From: Chrysomallon squamiferum
Taxonomy: Eukaryota > Animalia > Mollusca
Length of the DNA: 64,000 nt
Direction of reading: 5' to 3'
Assembly (NCBI GenBank): GCA_012295275.1
Contig: CM022665.1
Span: forward strand, 27,032,001-27,096,000
Both the position numbers and the translations under genes were made by a program. This document shows, one piece after another, positions 1-22,317 of the stretch; position 1 is the stretch's first letter; every line of letters begins with the position of its first letter. The notes under the pieces are model-generated. The model made no database searches. It was not told the origin of the DNA and saw only the letters and a program-made list of their open reading frames with translations.

Positions 1-900
1 AAGCAATTTAATATCGTCAAGGAAATCCACAACAATCAAAAATTAAAAATATTATTATTTTTTTTTTTTTTTTTTTTTTTTTTATATATATATATATATA
101 TATATCAAATAGATAGATTTATTTTTTATTATTTTTTTTTTTTTAAAGGATTTCATTGGAATTTTAGCTTCTTCTTTTTTTATCATTGATGGCAGTTTAT
201 GACTCTTGTATGTTCAAAAGCTCAATTGTGTTACTGTTTTGTCATTGTTGAATTATTTAATCACTTTCAGACTTCATTTTAGCTCTGGTTTATTGTGTAA
301 TTCACAGAGATAATTATGACAACAGCATTCAGTTGCACATATTTCTTACATTGCTGTGTAAAGTAAGTTTTTACCTCAGAAAATGACGGTGTCACAGGCT
401 GGTACTTTATATAAAAATCTATTTCTTTATTGCTGATTTCTGTTGCTGTAGAGTATTAAAAACTATCCTGAATAAGCATTTACTTTCTGAACCTTAGACA
501 TTGATCAGAATCAACATTTTTTGTTTTGGTTTTTCTATAATCAGAAATATATTGTTAATGCTTCTCACAGTTAAATGACAAAGAGTTTATTTATCAATAT
601 TAAAAAGAATACACATCTCATGTAAACATAATATAAGAATTCATACTAACCTTTGTAATGATGTCAGCTGTGAGTGAGAAAAAGATGTCTGCATTGTCTC
701 ACATCTCACTGTTAAATAATAAATAATATTAAAACCATTTCCTTAGTTAACACTATCAGATTTACAATTCATTAGTATTACAAGTTATAATGGGTTTTTT
801 CCTTTCTTGTAAAATCTGTTCCACTTGTTACTAGCAAATGGATAACAGTAATGTTATCTTTACTAATGTAACAGGTCCAACTTTTTATTGTACATGGTAA

Positions 901-1108
901 CTGTTTAATAGTTTAACATCTGATGAAAATATAGATGTATCAAGATTTTCTCACAAAACAGAAAAACAAGTAGACTTCAGTCATTAAACTTTAGTCTTTA
1001 CTGTTAATAATTTAAGATCTGATGTAAATATAAATTTATCAAGATTTTCTCACATAGCAGAAAATCAAGTAGACTTGAATCATTAAACTGTAGCCCTTAC
1101 TGATAAAA
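901..1108. repeat. Diverged tandem duplication, two copies of a 99-bp unit
   Basis: tttaacatctgatgaaaatatagatgtatcaagattttctcac... at 912 recurs as tttaagatctgatgtaaatataaatttatcaagattttctcac... at 1011. Shared blocks include tatcaagattttctcaca, caagtagactt and tcattaaact. Confidence 0.9.
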
Positions 1109-1263
1109 TGAGCTGGAATGAAATAAAGTGCAGTGGTAGCTGAGTAAGACAAATGCCGCAGAGTCTTTCATTGTGCAAACTATCACAAGTCAATGGGGCT
1201 GACAGCACTTTATGCTTATTATGCAAATATGTAGTTTTTATGTTTGTTTTTTTGGTGGTTTTT

Positions 1264-1297
<34 letters not shown>

Positions 1298-2750
1298 ATA
1301 TCTTTTACATAGGACCCAGTTTGATTTTTGTTCATTTTGCCCTTAATGTATTAATCTATTTTATTTTAATTAACTAATGTAATGAATATTTGTATGCAGA
1401 TACAAGGTGCCAATACATTATTATGTTTTTTAAATATAGTAGAGCTTGTGTAGAGTATGATATTTACTTGTGTATTATATCATTACAGTTAATATTTGAA
1501 ATGCAGGTTATATAAAGTATTTCATTATCTTAGTTTTGTTCTGAGATAATAGCTATCCTTCTTTTCTTTCTCCTTTCCTTTTCTTTTCATTTTATTGTTC
1601 TTATTTTCTTATTGACAGTTAACATTAATTTTTATTTATTCTACAAGAGATATTGTGTAATACTATTATTCCTTTCTTTTTTCTTAACTTTTTTTTTTAT
1701 TCTGTTATTATTGCTAATGCTAACCAAAAGAAAATGTTTTAAATGGATTATTTAAAAAATAATAAATTCAGTTTTTTGTTTATAATGTATAATCATTAGT
1801 GTATATTTTGCTATTAATCTTTTTTTCCTGGCATATATTTGTCATATGCATACATAGAGACACTGTATATTTATCTGGGTTATTTAGGAAATATTATTAG
1901 AGAAATAGATAAAAACAAAATGTATAAAATTTTGTTATTGGATGTAAATACTGTACAGATTCTTATATATGTACATATTAGAGGAAGCAGAAACATTAAA
2001 ATTATTTTTTATTTCATACATTATGATCTGGAAACATAACTGATATTACTTACCAGTATTTTATTTTTTTTTTTTTTTTTTTTTCATTACTTTATTGTTA
2101 TTATTATTTTTTATATATATATATATATAGAGTTTGAGTTTAGTGGGGTTTTTTGTTTGTTTTTGGGGGTTTTTAAAATAAATATTAACTGAAACATTTT
2201 TGGTGGGGGTTGTAATTAAAATGAAGTTCATACAAAATTCGGTTATGTTTGTCTTAAAAATATTTTTTTTTGGTTTCTTTGTTTCTTCGTTTGTTCTTTA
2301 TTTTTGTTTTAGTTTCAGTGATTACAAATTAACATGTCATAGAAAAGTTATGTAGAGACAAGAAATAGTATACTGACTAATAAAGTATATGAAGTAAATA
2401 CCGGTATGGCATGTGAAACATATAAAATATAAATATTGTGCTGGTTTACTACCTTGAAGCTAGCTCATTAGGAGATACTCAAGTTAGGAAAATAATTTGA
2501 TATAAACATAACATAATATATTTAATATAATTACTGATAATTTTTAAAATTGGAAAGTTCGGACATAATATTATTTCATCATTTAAGTTTTCATCATCTC
2601 TACAATCACATGCAGCACCCATGGTAACATTAGCTAAACATAAATAAAACAAACAAAAAATAAATAAATTCTAAAACAAAGAAACGGTTTTGAGCATTTT
2701 GCATAATTGTTTTTCTGCAAGGTGAGAAATCTTTATGGAATCAGTTGAAC

Positions 2751-2786
<36 letters not shown>

Positions 2787-5453
2787 CTTTAAAATGGATA
2801 AATATGAATAACAAGAAAATATTGAAAAATATATTTAGATCTCCTACTAATGGATATTTAATAACCATGACTTTTCTGATTGCTGGATATCTGCTTTAAA
2901 TTTCACTACTATTAATTTTTGATATTTCGAAGGCCTTCTATTTTAGTATCTATTAATAAGTATTATTTTCATTTTCTGAATTTAAAAATACATGATTTAG
3001 AATTAATAATGTAAAGTATGGAATAAAAAAAATAATAAGTATTTCACTACCAGTACATTACACTTTGTGATAATATTCAAAGATAACTGCAGCAGCCTAG
3101 GATTCTAGTCATGTCACATTTATTACAGGTAGAAATATTATGATTAGCAATATGTTCATGTAATTTTGCTGTGTCAGCGTTAATATATGATGTTTTTAAA
3201 TAAATAACATTTAACAATATGAAGGTTTTATTGTTAATTGTTTGGAATTGTTTTCTTTAATTTTGAAATGAAGGTTTGTTGTGGGTTTTTTAACTACAAA
3301 ATAATTTGCCAAAATAGGTTTTAAAATTTTATTAACAGAAAGAAAATGTGATAATTCTTTTAAGGAAATAGATAAATATTGTTGTTTCTAACTCGCCCAC
3401 CATGATTAGAAACCACTGTTCCTAATTAATTTCTGGTTTAAAATAAATAAATAAATAAAAATGTATTCTCTTGCTGAAGATGAATTAAATAATCTTTTTC
3501 CAAATTCAACTATGCTTTAAGTATAGTAAATGCAATACATGTGAATCACTTTTTATTTTCTGTATGACTTGTGTCTATGTTTGCTTTGAAATATTATTTT
3601 TCTGACCAGTTTTATATATGCAATGAATGTGCCAGTTTAGTGTAAAATGTTATATGCCATATCCTGATAAACATTTGGTTTTGAGTTTGAGATTCTTGTT
3701 TAAATTTTCTCTTCTTCTTCTTCTTCTTCTTTTTTTTTTTTTTTTTTTTTTTAATGTTTTTAAATGTTATCCCATTATGCCAAATTGATTATCACATCTT
3801 TTGATGTTTTTATAGTTTCTTTTAATTTAAACATTTTGCTAACTTAAAATTAGAATAACTTAGAAATATTAAACCAGTTAACCTTGGTTTACAATTAACA
3901 AATTAAATCAAGATAAATTATATTTTATTTAACAATATTTACTTTGTAGGAAAAGCTGGAATATACCTAACCATATATTGGATTGTTTAATATAAATTTT
4001 GATTTGTTTCATTTTATCTTCAGTAATATGTATGCATATAAATACATTTTCCATCTCAAAATGTAGTACCATAACAGTGTTTAATTTATTATGTTGTCGG
4101 AAACATTTTAAAATATTTGGATTTTCACTGAATAATATGGCTCTAAAAGGTTGTACTAATTATAAAAATGTTTTTACATGTGTATTTGTATAATATAATC
4201 TGTGTTTGTAATACAGTTTTTATAGTGCCTGATTAAATAACACGACAATCTATCAAAAGCAGTTTTTATAATAGAGAGGTAATAGATGTATAATCCATCA
4301 TTCGACAAGACTGTAGATATGTGTATGTGTTAGAAAAGCAGGAGTATTTTGTGTGTTTTTCTTTACCAATTTGGATTTTTTAATCTCTAGAAAGTTATCG
4401 CTGATATTCTTGTAGGTTTAAAGTCTCCAAACATTAATTTATAGTAACAGCAGGAAACTCTAGTTGTTGGGTTATTTTTCAGTTAGTTTGACATAATTAT
4501 TATTAAAAAGACTGAATTACTTTGTCTGTAATCTGTTGTTAATAGTTTGCATTGTCAAAATGAAACCGTCTCTGTACATAACAGAATTTTTCTTCAGTCA
4601 AATGTTAAATTTTCCTGTGCATTTTATCAGTGATTACCAGTTCACATTTATTGTTAGAAAACTGAGGAATTTTGAGAACTGATTCGTCTCGTTAGTCTGT
4701 TTGTCTCACTAATGCTGTAGCTTTCATTTTTCTTACTGTTGTTAACAGTCCAAGTAAATACATACCAGTACTGATAGAATTTCACTTTTAACATTCTGTG
4801 AATGTTATAAAATGAAGAGTAGAAAAGGAATAACACCATTAACTATACTGGCAGTGTAATATTATCTGTATTTCACCTTTATAATGACAGAATGACATTT
4901 ATAAATTTCACACACTGACAAGCCACTACAGATGTTAATTTCCTGTATTTAGTTGGACTGCTGTTTGAATTTGTCTTCTTCTTCTTTTTTTTTAATTTTT
5001 TTTTTTTTTTTTTTTTTTTTTTGAATTTGCAGTGAACATTCCTTGGTAAAAGTACTTATGTGCACATGAACCTATATCGGATTTATAGATATAAAATGTG
5101 TGCATACAGTTTTTGACATGTAAATTGCTATATGTAATAAGCTATAATTTTTAATTCATTTTTTTGTTTAATGTTTTAAGATCTCTTGGTTAACACTATG
5201 CTTGATGGTGTACAAGAATTACACACATAATATGTTTTGTCTCACAGGTTGTGTCTTGTTGAATTTTCTTGCAGAAATCAAAAATGTTATATTTGCTATA
5301 GTTTTGCCATTATATTCTAATTTTAACATATTTCCATAAATGATTGTAACTGTTCTGTGATTTGTACATTATTTTTCAAAATGCCAATGTGCTCTACATG
5401 CTGCATGTATTAGAACATATATTGAATAAAGATAACAAAGTTGACATTGATTT

Positions 5454-5499
<46 letters not shown>

Positions 5500-8400
5500 T
5501 TGTTATTTATATTTTATATATATATACATTATTTTTTTTTATTCATTTATTTTTATTTTTTTATTTAAACTGTTTTTAACTGTGTTCAGTGGTAAAAAGC
5601 AAGCTATCATGCTATATCACTTCTCTGATTAAACAATAATATTCAGCATAAGTATTTTATAACTAAGTTACCTTTCACATGTATCATATAATTTAACATT
5701 ACATAAAAATAAAAACTTATTGTAAAAACAATAGTTAATATGTTACGTTAGTTACATTATTACCCAGTATATCTGTTACTACAATAGATATATATTCATA
5801 TAGCTTAACATTATATGAAAAGAATCAACAACCAAAAAAAAATAGTTTCCATTTGAAAATTAAAACACTGCACAATGCATATCAGTGAAATTTTACATTA
5901 CTAGTAATTATATTGCTTTAAGTAAAGCTCACACCAACCATAAAATTAATTATACTGATGTTTGTGTGTGGACATATATAAAAAAATAAAAATAAAGTAA
6001 TTAGTGTTTTGATTTTCTCAGCAGAGAGCTGTGTGTATTGAGCCACAGATAGTATAGATAATTTAATGTATTCATTGAGCCTTCCACTATGAAAGCAGTA
6101 TTGGTGGTAATTCAGTTAACCCGATGCTTTTAATGGACAAACTTAATGTGTTTATATTCCACTCTTTTTTCTCCCTTTTTTAAACAGAACTGTAGGAAAT
6201 TATTTAAAATAAGCCCATAATTTGGGGGGTTATTTTTGGTTTTTTAAATAATAATAATAATAATAATAATATCTTCCTCTGAAAGAATTAAAAAAAAAAA
6301 AAAAAAAAAATTGTCGAAGTATTGTACAACATGGAGGAACTAGTTTACGTTTCTCCAGTTGTATAGAGAGCAAACATGAGACAGAGGATTGCAGTATAAA
6401 ATAAACGGAATTCAGTATCAAACTGGTAAATAAACTGCTTCAATGTTAAGAGTCAATTTGTTTTAAAAGTTATTACAAAACAGGAAATGAAGTAAAAGTT
6501 AAAATATATAACAATTCATTATTATTATTATTATTATTATTATTAAAATACATTTTCTCATATTTGTAAAACATGTATGTATAGGCAAATTCGAAGACTG
6601 ATTTTCAATTGTAATTGCAAATTCCAGAGATAAAGCATTTATAAAATAATCACTTACCATAAGATTCTTAAATTTATTCATATTCTTCATTGAAATTCAC
6701 TCCAAATAATTTAAATTATTTTCCCATTAATCCGCTTTTATCATCACACATAGTTACCAGACATTCCTATTTACTCGACATAAAAATTGGACGTTTTATA
6801 GTAAACTATTTTCTTTATTCTTATGGTAGTTTCTGAAAAGTGTGCACTTTAAACGGATATTTTCATTTCGGTTGTCCTCAGAATTTTCCCATACTAGGAT
6901 TTTAAATGTTGTTAATATATAAAGTCACATGTCAAAATTAATGTGTTTTAAAATATATTTTATTCTAAATGAAGGACGTTTATAATTTAACGTTCTGGGT
7001 ATGTGTATGGAATCTACGCTCTGCGCAGTTGGCCACAGAGCCTGTTTCATCTGGAAATTGCTATCTTTCCTTAGCTTGGCACAGATATACGCTGTCGTTC
7101 AAAGGTGCATGTAATGTGTACCAAAATTAGTAGCAACATTTCATCTTTCCAAAGCAGAACTTGTTTTCTGTGTGTTTCTTTTCTTTATTTTTAAGAAAAT
7201 GTCCGATTTGTTTAAGAATAATGTCATCTTGCGCACTCACAGTTTCCCCATTGGTACAAGAAGGCTAAATGTATTCTCATCTGAAAGAGTATGCAATTTT
7301 TTTTTCAAAACGATACAGAGGGAGGAAAGAAATCACAGTTATTGTTTTGGGTGCCAATACCTAATTAATGCTTTAAAGATGTTGATTTAAGTTAGATTTA
7401 ATCTACAGATAATATTTTTCAGGTGTTTTTTTTTTTTTTTTAATGTCGAAACACATTTTAAAATTTGACTTTTTAAAGTACAGCAAGGGTAAGTCCATTT
7501 TTCAGATGTCCATAGTATTACTACCACAAAAACTTAATAAGAAGGAGAAAAACAAAAATAATAATAATAAATATGCAACTTCGTAAAAGATATATAGCTT
7601 ATATTTATTGTGCTAATAATTGTATTTCAATGTATTTGTGTATGTTTCTGATACCAAAAGAAACAAACAAACAAAAAAACATTATGAATAATTTTAATAA
7701 ACGTTTCTCTTGATAACAGCAGTAAGTAAGTTTTATTAGCTATCAGATAAACAATATAATAATTTACGCACTACGCCTATGACACCCGTCACTTTCATTT
7801 CAAATGGTCAACGATCTTTACCTATTATTTATGATCGAATTCCTCTGAAGATACGGAAAGTGACGTATTGTTGCCTCTACTCCATGGATACACCTATCTG
7901 AACTCCGATAACTGCTTGAAACTACAAAGAAACATAAAACGATTTATTTGTTTGCCTGGCCATGCAGTGAGTTGACATTTGTGTTTCATTGTTTGGTTTT
8001 GCCATTTTGTAATGAGCATTTACGTGCGATCCTTTTTATTCGATAACGTATCAACTTGAAAGCCGTACATTTGAAGACCTCTTCAAATCTGGAGTAACTT
8101 TGTTATTGTATTTAAGAGATGCAAAAAGTTAATAATATTAATAAATAAACATATTTCTGTTATAATAATAATAATAAAATCTAGATGATGGTGATAATAA
8201 TCATGACCATGATCATTATTCTAATAAACAACAACAACAACAACAACAACAATAATAACAATAATAAATAAATAAATAAATAAATAATAAAAAAATTACT
8301 CTTATGAAAAAAGTGATAAGATTGTTCTTGTCTTTATATTTCCTATCTTCCTTTCTGTCTTATCATTCTTTATAAAATTCATTTATTTATCAATTTACAG

Positions 8401-9548
8401 TTACTATAATAGGTGTTTCATACAGTGTCAGACCTTAAGGAGTCTAACAACACACAACAACAACAATAATAGTAATAACAACAATAAATAATAATGATGA
8501 CGATAGATGAGCGAAAATAAATTTAAAAACCAGTAATGTTATAAAAATGCACTAAATAAAATTCTCTGTCTCACTCCTTTATTTCTTTTCCTCTCTTTCT
8601 GTCAATATTTATGAAAAACACAAGCATGCAGTTGCCAAGAGCGGAGATATCTTAATAACACTTAAGTATCTGGACGGTTTTTTTCCTGATAAAAGAAACA
8701 CCTAAAATAAAATCAGTCTTTGTTAATAATAACTATTATTTTTGATGCTGTAACTACTGTTATTATTACTACTGCTGTTACTACTACTATTACTATTACT
8801 GTTGCTGCTAATGCTGATGTTACTAATATCATTATAAAACTACTGATGCTGCTACTATTGCGCTACTGCTTCTCCTTCTATAACTACCACTATTTTTATT
8901 ATCATTATCATCATCATTATTGTTACCATATTTACAACTTAAAGGAATCCTCGTGACAGTCATAGTCATCATCATTTTTTTTTAAATTGGTTTCATTTCA
9001 CATTTAGGTGGCATTTACCTCTCAGTATCTTGACTTATTCCAGCAAATTATCAGTAACTAGATTTAAGAAAACATACGTGATATGTACTGTCCAAAATAC
9101 AAAATATACTTTCATACGGGATCTATGCAAACTCGTCTTTTTTTTTCTCTCTCAGATTACTGTCACACTTTATGTTTATCTTGCTCATTAACATTATACT
9201 GCTGTGGTAGCCGGCAATCCTCTATTTTTCTGCAGCATATCTAACAGAAATGCGTCCATAATTGCATGTATACCAACTTTAGTATGTACGTGCTTTGTAC
9301 ATTTCTGTGTCACCCGGTATATGGCGATAAAACCGCTATAAACCATACACTGAAGATTTCTATAAATGTTTAGGAAGTAAGTGAACCATGACAGTTAAAC
9401 AGTTTTGTAATCTGGAATCTTTCCAAATATATACACAGTTATCTAGCAGATATGTACAAAAACACGCATATTTGATTAGCAGTCTGTGGTTTCTATGGTC
9501 TTGTTTAAAAAGAATTAGAATGATATCTGCGTTCAGAAGGTATTAGAA

Positions 9549-9596
<48 letters not shown>

Positions 9597-9627
9597 AATC
9601 CTGGCGAATGAAGGAGTACTGATAAAG

Positions 9628-9852
9628 ATGGATCACTATAAGTATGATCAAGAAAACTGTCCTTTAGATCCGTACAGGGTAGAGGATGCCACACCCCGCT
9701 ATGAAACAAAAAAGAGACGTCGTCATGAAATGCATGAAGTAAGATATACAAAAGTTATTTTAACGTTTGAAAAACGTATTATGTTTATATCAGAATTAAA
9801 TATGAAAATGTTAGCGGTGAAATAAATAAATGAATTAGTTTCTGGTGTATAC

Positions 9853-9910
<58 letters not shown>

Positions 9911-10367
9911 TAATCATAAGAAATATCGAAGAAAACACAATTCTCTCTCTCTTGCATACACACAAACGAATACAAATAAGCACCATAATTTAAAACACAA
10001 AGTAAAGAGTATAAACATACCACATTTATTTGCTAGCATAGCTTACGTTTTTATTTAGGATGGAGTATTAAAATAATGTATAATAAATAAATATAATAAG
10101 AATGAATGGATAACACTACATAAAAAAGAAATACAATTGTATTAATAAACAATCACTTTAAAATAGAAATGCAAAATGAGTGGAACAAAAATAAAAGGAA
10201 CTAAAAGAACGACAGAATAAATAAACATACACAAGCGTGCAAGCATTAAATTTAATAAAAATAAATACAATAATTACATCACTTTCTTTCCGTTAATATT
10301 TCCCTTTTAAGATTTTTGTCTTTCTTTTTTCTTATCTTGTTATTATTTATGTATTTATTTATTTATT

Positions 10368-10415
<48 letters not shown>

Positions 10416-11227
10416 TTTTTTTTTTTTTTAAATGGTCATCTGTTATGTATATTATTTCTATTTCTGTTCAGAAGTGTATCCTTTCAACTGGGTAATATTT
10501 TTTTTTTTTTCGTTTTATTATCATTAATATTATCATCATCATCATTATTAAGTATCAGTTATTAAGGCAAGAAGATGGTTTACAGTTATTTATATTCCTC
10601 TGTAATGAAGTGATTTTCGAAATCCACATCTCAGATCAATATATTTGTCAATGAACAGATATAAAGATTAAAAATGTATTAAAACTAGTGAGTTCCTTCT
10701 CAAATACTGCTATATAGTATTCAGTTACACATACACACAACACTCGCATCCACACACACAATTAAAATACGTTTATAAATGCAAATTAATATTCTGCCTT
10801 GAAACACAATAACAGTTGTTAATTAAGATTCTGTATTAAACAATTAATTATTATTTTATAAGATAGGAGTAAACTTCAAATAATTTAAAAAAAGAATAAT
10901 AAATAAATAAATAATAAAAAATAAAAGAATAATAATAATAATAAATAATAAATTAATAATATAAAAAATAATAATAATAATAATAATAAAGGGATTTAAT
11001 AATTCTTCTAGGTAAGCATTTCATATAGCAGCTTTCAAATAATATATAAGCAGAATGAATTTTGTTGTTATACAATTGTCCTTAGTTACATAATAATTAT
11101 AATAACGTTATTAAATTTTGTATTCGGTTCTTTTAAAAATTGCCGTTGACTGTAATTATTCAAACTTATGTAAATTCACAATATTTCGCCTTATATATAT
11201 ATATTTTTAAACGTTTTTGTTTCATAG

Positions 11228-11273
<46 letters not shown>

Positions 11274-12215
11274 ATACACATAAATACATATATATATACA
11301 CACATATAGATATATATATTTATATGTATCTACACACACACACATACACACACACACACACACATATATATCCATTCATACATACATATATAAACACACA
11401 CACAATGTATTTATGTGCCTGTGTATGTGTTTGTGTTTGTCACTGTACTCAAACCACATCAGTCCACAAATTAGTCTTGTTATCATTACTTCATCCATAT
11501 TAAATACACTAATAATAATAATAATAATAATAATAATATGATGTTGAAAATGAAATTTTGTGAATTTTTACGCTTCAAATAATATGCTAGCTTTTCATTT
11601 TGTAGTTTATATATCTTAAATGATTATAAAATGAAATTTTTTAGACATATACTTAATTTTTGTCTCCTCTGATTGCTTGAATAGACGGTTTACACACATT
11701 CACGCATATGCGTAAAAAACAGACATTTTCTTTTTCTTTCTTGTGAACGAACGCATGATATATCACATCTTAGAAAATTAAATAAATTCGATAGACTGAT
11801 AGATGATAGCAGTTGTTCAGATTTCGCCAATTCTTTACCAGCTAATGAAAGTAAACAGACAAGAATTTGTAAATCGATAAATAAGTAAGTAAGTAAATAA
11901 ATTCCACATCGAGATAAAAAAATATTCTTCCATTTATATAAAACACATTTAATATAATCGCGGAGACGTTTGATTTATGCGCATATATAATGTCACGTTG
12001 AACTATAGGTAATTCGGTTAACGAAAAAATAAATTTGTTTCTTACTATTTTAATGCTGAATCCATAACTAATTCTGAAACAAAGATCTTACGAAATATAT
12101 TTTGTCAAATACATCGCACAAGTAAAACAGTTTATTTTATTTTTTATTTTTTAGAATACATTATTTATGGCACAACATTAAAGTAATTAAAACTGATTGT
12201 GTATTATATAAATGA
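9628..12215 (+). CDS. Candidate small four-exon orphan gene (~100 aa, basic NLS-like KKRRR, DQENxP motif)
   Basis: Exons 9628-9738 (GAA|gtaaga), 10472-10491 (ttctgttcag|...GG|gtaata), 11774-11884 (cttag|...AA|gtaagt) and 12155-12215 (T-tract tag|...tga) join with consistent phases 0, 2, 2 into 303 nt. Product: MDHYKYDQENCPLDPYRVEDATPRYETKKRRRHEMHEKCILSTGKLNKFDRLIDDSSCSDFANSLPANESKQTRICKSINKIHYLWHNIKVIKTDCVLYK. No homologue recognised; exon 1 is the most coding-like. Confidence 0.35.
9856..9907. repeat. (TG)n microsatellite
   Basis: Perfect dinucleotide run. Similar runs occur at ~11233-11270, ~16905-16948 and ~35765-35795. Confidence 0.95.
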
Positions 12216-12316
12216 TCTACTGTTTTGTATTTGCAAAATGTATATAATAATAATAATAATATAGCAATTATTATTATGTTGAAAGTGAAATACACATTTT
12301 ATAATTCATCTTCTTT

Positions 12317-12353
<37 letters not shown>

Positions 12354-12524
12354 ATAAATAAAAAGAATAAATTAAAGAAAAAATTAAGAAAAGAAAAGTA
12401 TATATATATATAAAACGCGAGATAATATTTAATGATCGAGGTAAAAATTCCCAAAACTAGTATCATACAGATATACACAACACAAACGTACGTAATGTCA
12501 CGAGCACAGTGCTTATTATTATTA

Positions 12525-12555
<31 letters not shown>

Positions 12556-12747
12556 TTTATTTTATCTTTGTTAATACATTTACAATTCAATGTAAGCAAA
12601 CTTCGTGTTATGAAGTAATAAAGAACCAATCATATGACATCATGTCTTCGTACACTTTCGACTCAGGGGAAATATACTATGTAGACTTAATATAATACAC
12701 CTAACTGCGGTCTATCCTTAGCTCTCACCGTATGTCAAAGTGTGTTT

Positions 12748-12776
12748 GTCACGTGATACAACGTTGCCTGAGCAAT
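12748..12776. promoter_or_regulatory. E-box (GTCACGTGAT) next to an RFX X-box-like element (GTTGCCTGAGCAAT) upstream of CDKL1
   Basis: Motifs at 12748-12757 and 12763-12776 lie in a CpG-retaining zone ~0.8 kb before the CDKL1 ATG. The second closely matches the X-box consensus GTNRCC-N(0-3)-RGYAAC. Confidence 0.4.
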
Positions 12777-13022
12777 GACCTCAAAATAACAACATATGCC
12801 TGTTTGGCATTTGGCTGTGAAATGTCCCTCCGTTTTAAAAAGAAATAGTTCCTTGAAATAAATACACTTGAAAATAAGTCAGTGATGACAACCAAATATT
12901 ATCAATAAAATATAAATATCCATTATGTAATGAACCTACCTGATTGTAAATGTCTTGCTTTTTTTCGTAACCATAACATTTATAGATTGTATATTTGCGT
13001 ATTTATATATGAAATGCAGTTC

Positions 13023-13032
13023 CAAAATGGCG
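13023..13032 (+). promoter_or_regulatory. YY1-like motif CAAAATGGCG, typical near transcription starts
   Basis: Motif seen directly, ~560 bp upstream of the CDKL1 ATG. Function is inferred. Confidence 0.3.
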
Positions 13033-13562
13033 ACAAAGTATTATGGATTACGATTTACAAGTCATGATTTTTGAATTGCAAGAACGATGTTATTAGAAGA
13101 TATTTGGAAATATTAACACAAAATAAAAAGAATAACGGTTTCTTGTTTATCGGAACGTAACGACATAAACTACTACCACAGAGCGAAATCATGTTTTAAT
13201 ATTTGTTGTTGTTTTTGTTTTCTACGAAGACTGATTAACTCATAACTGTGTTTGTCGTATCGGATATATATTTTGTTTGTATGGTTTCCTTTATTTATGT
13301 TTTCATCAAAATAACGCAAGGAGAAAGTTAAGTTGAAATATGTACCAGAACATTAATGGATAACAATTCGCAAATTGGCAGATCGGATAATTTACTTCCT
13401 GAAAAACTTTGATGCACTGGATTTCTTGGCAGCAATTATAGCTAGATAATACATTATAATTATTAGGATACGATACATATAGGTGTTTCTTTGGCCTACT
13501 TATTAACTAGACAAGCTACACAAGTTTCTAGCGTTATACTGAAACTTTTTTTGTTATTCTAG

Positions 13563-22317
<8,755 letters not shown>

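Noticed and set aside
912-1108. 99-bp (33-codon) period suggested ankyrin repeats
   Set aside because: Both copies carry an in-frame CAT TAA stop in the best frame, the minus frames are closed, and there is no TPLH-like motif.
1153-6690. Short ORFs in the track (poly-F, poly-K, poly-I/Y)
   Set aside because: They are translations of poly-T/A and (TAA)n runs in UTR-like or intergenic DNA, with no coding signal.
8720-12695. ORFs with HTHT, VCVC, YIYI or poly-L runs
   Set aside because: Microsatellite read-through artefacts. Only the first 37 codons of the 9628 ORF look coding.
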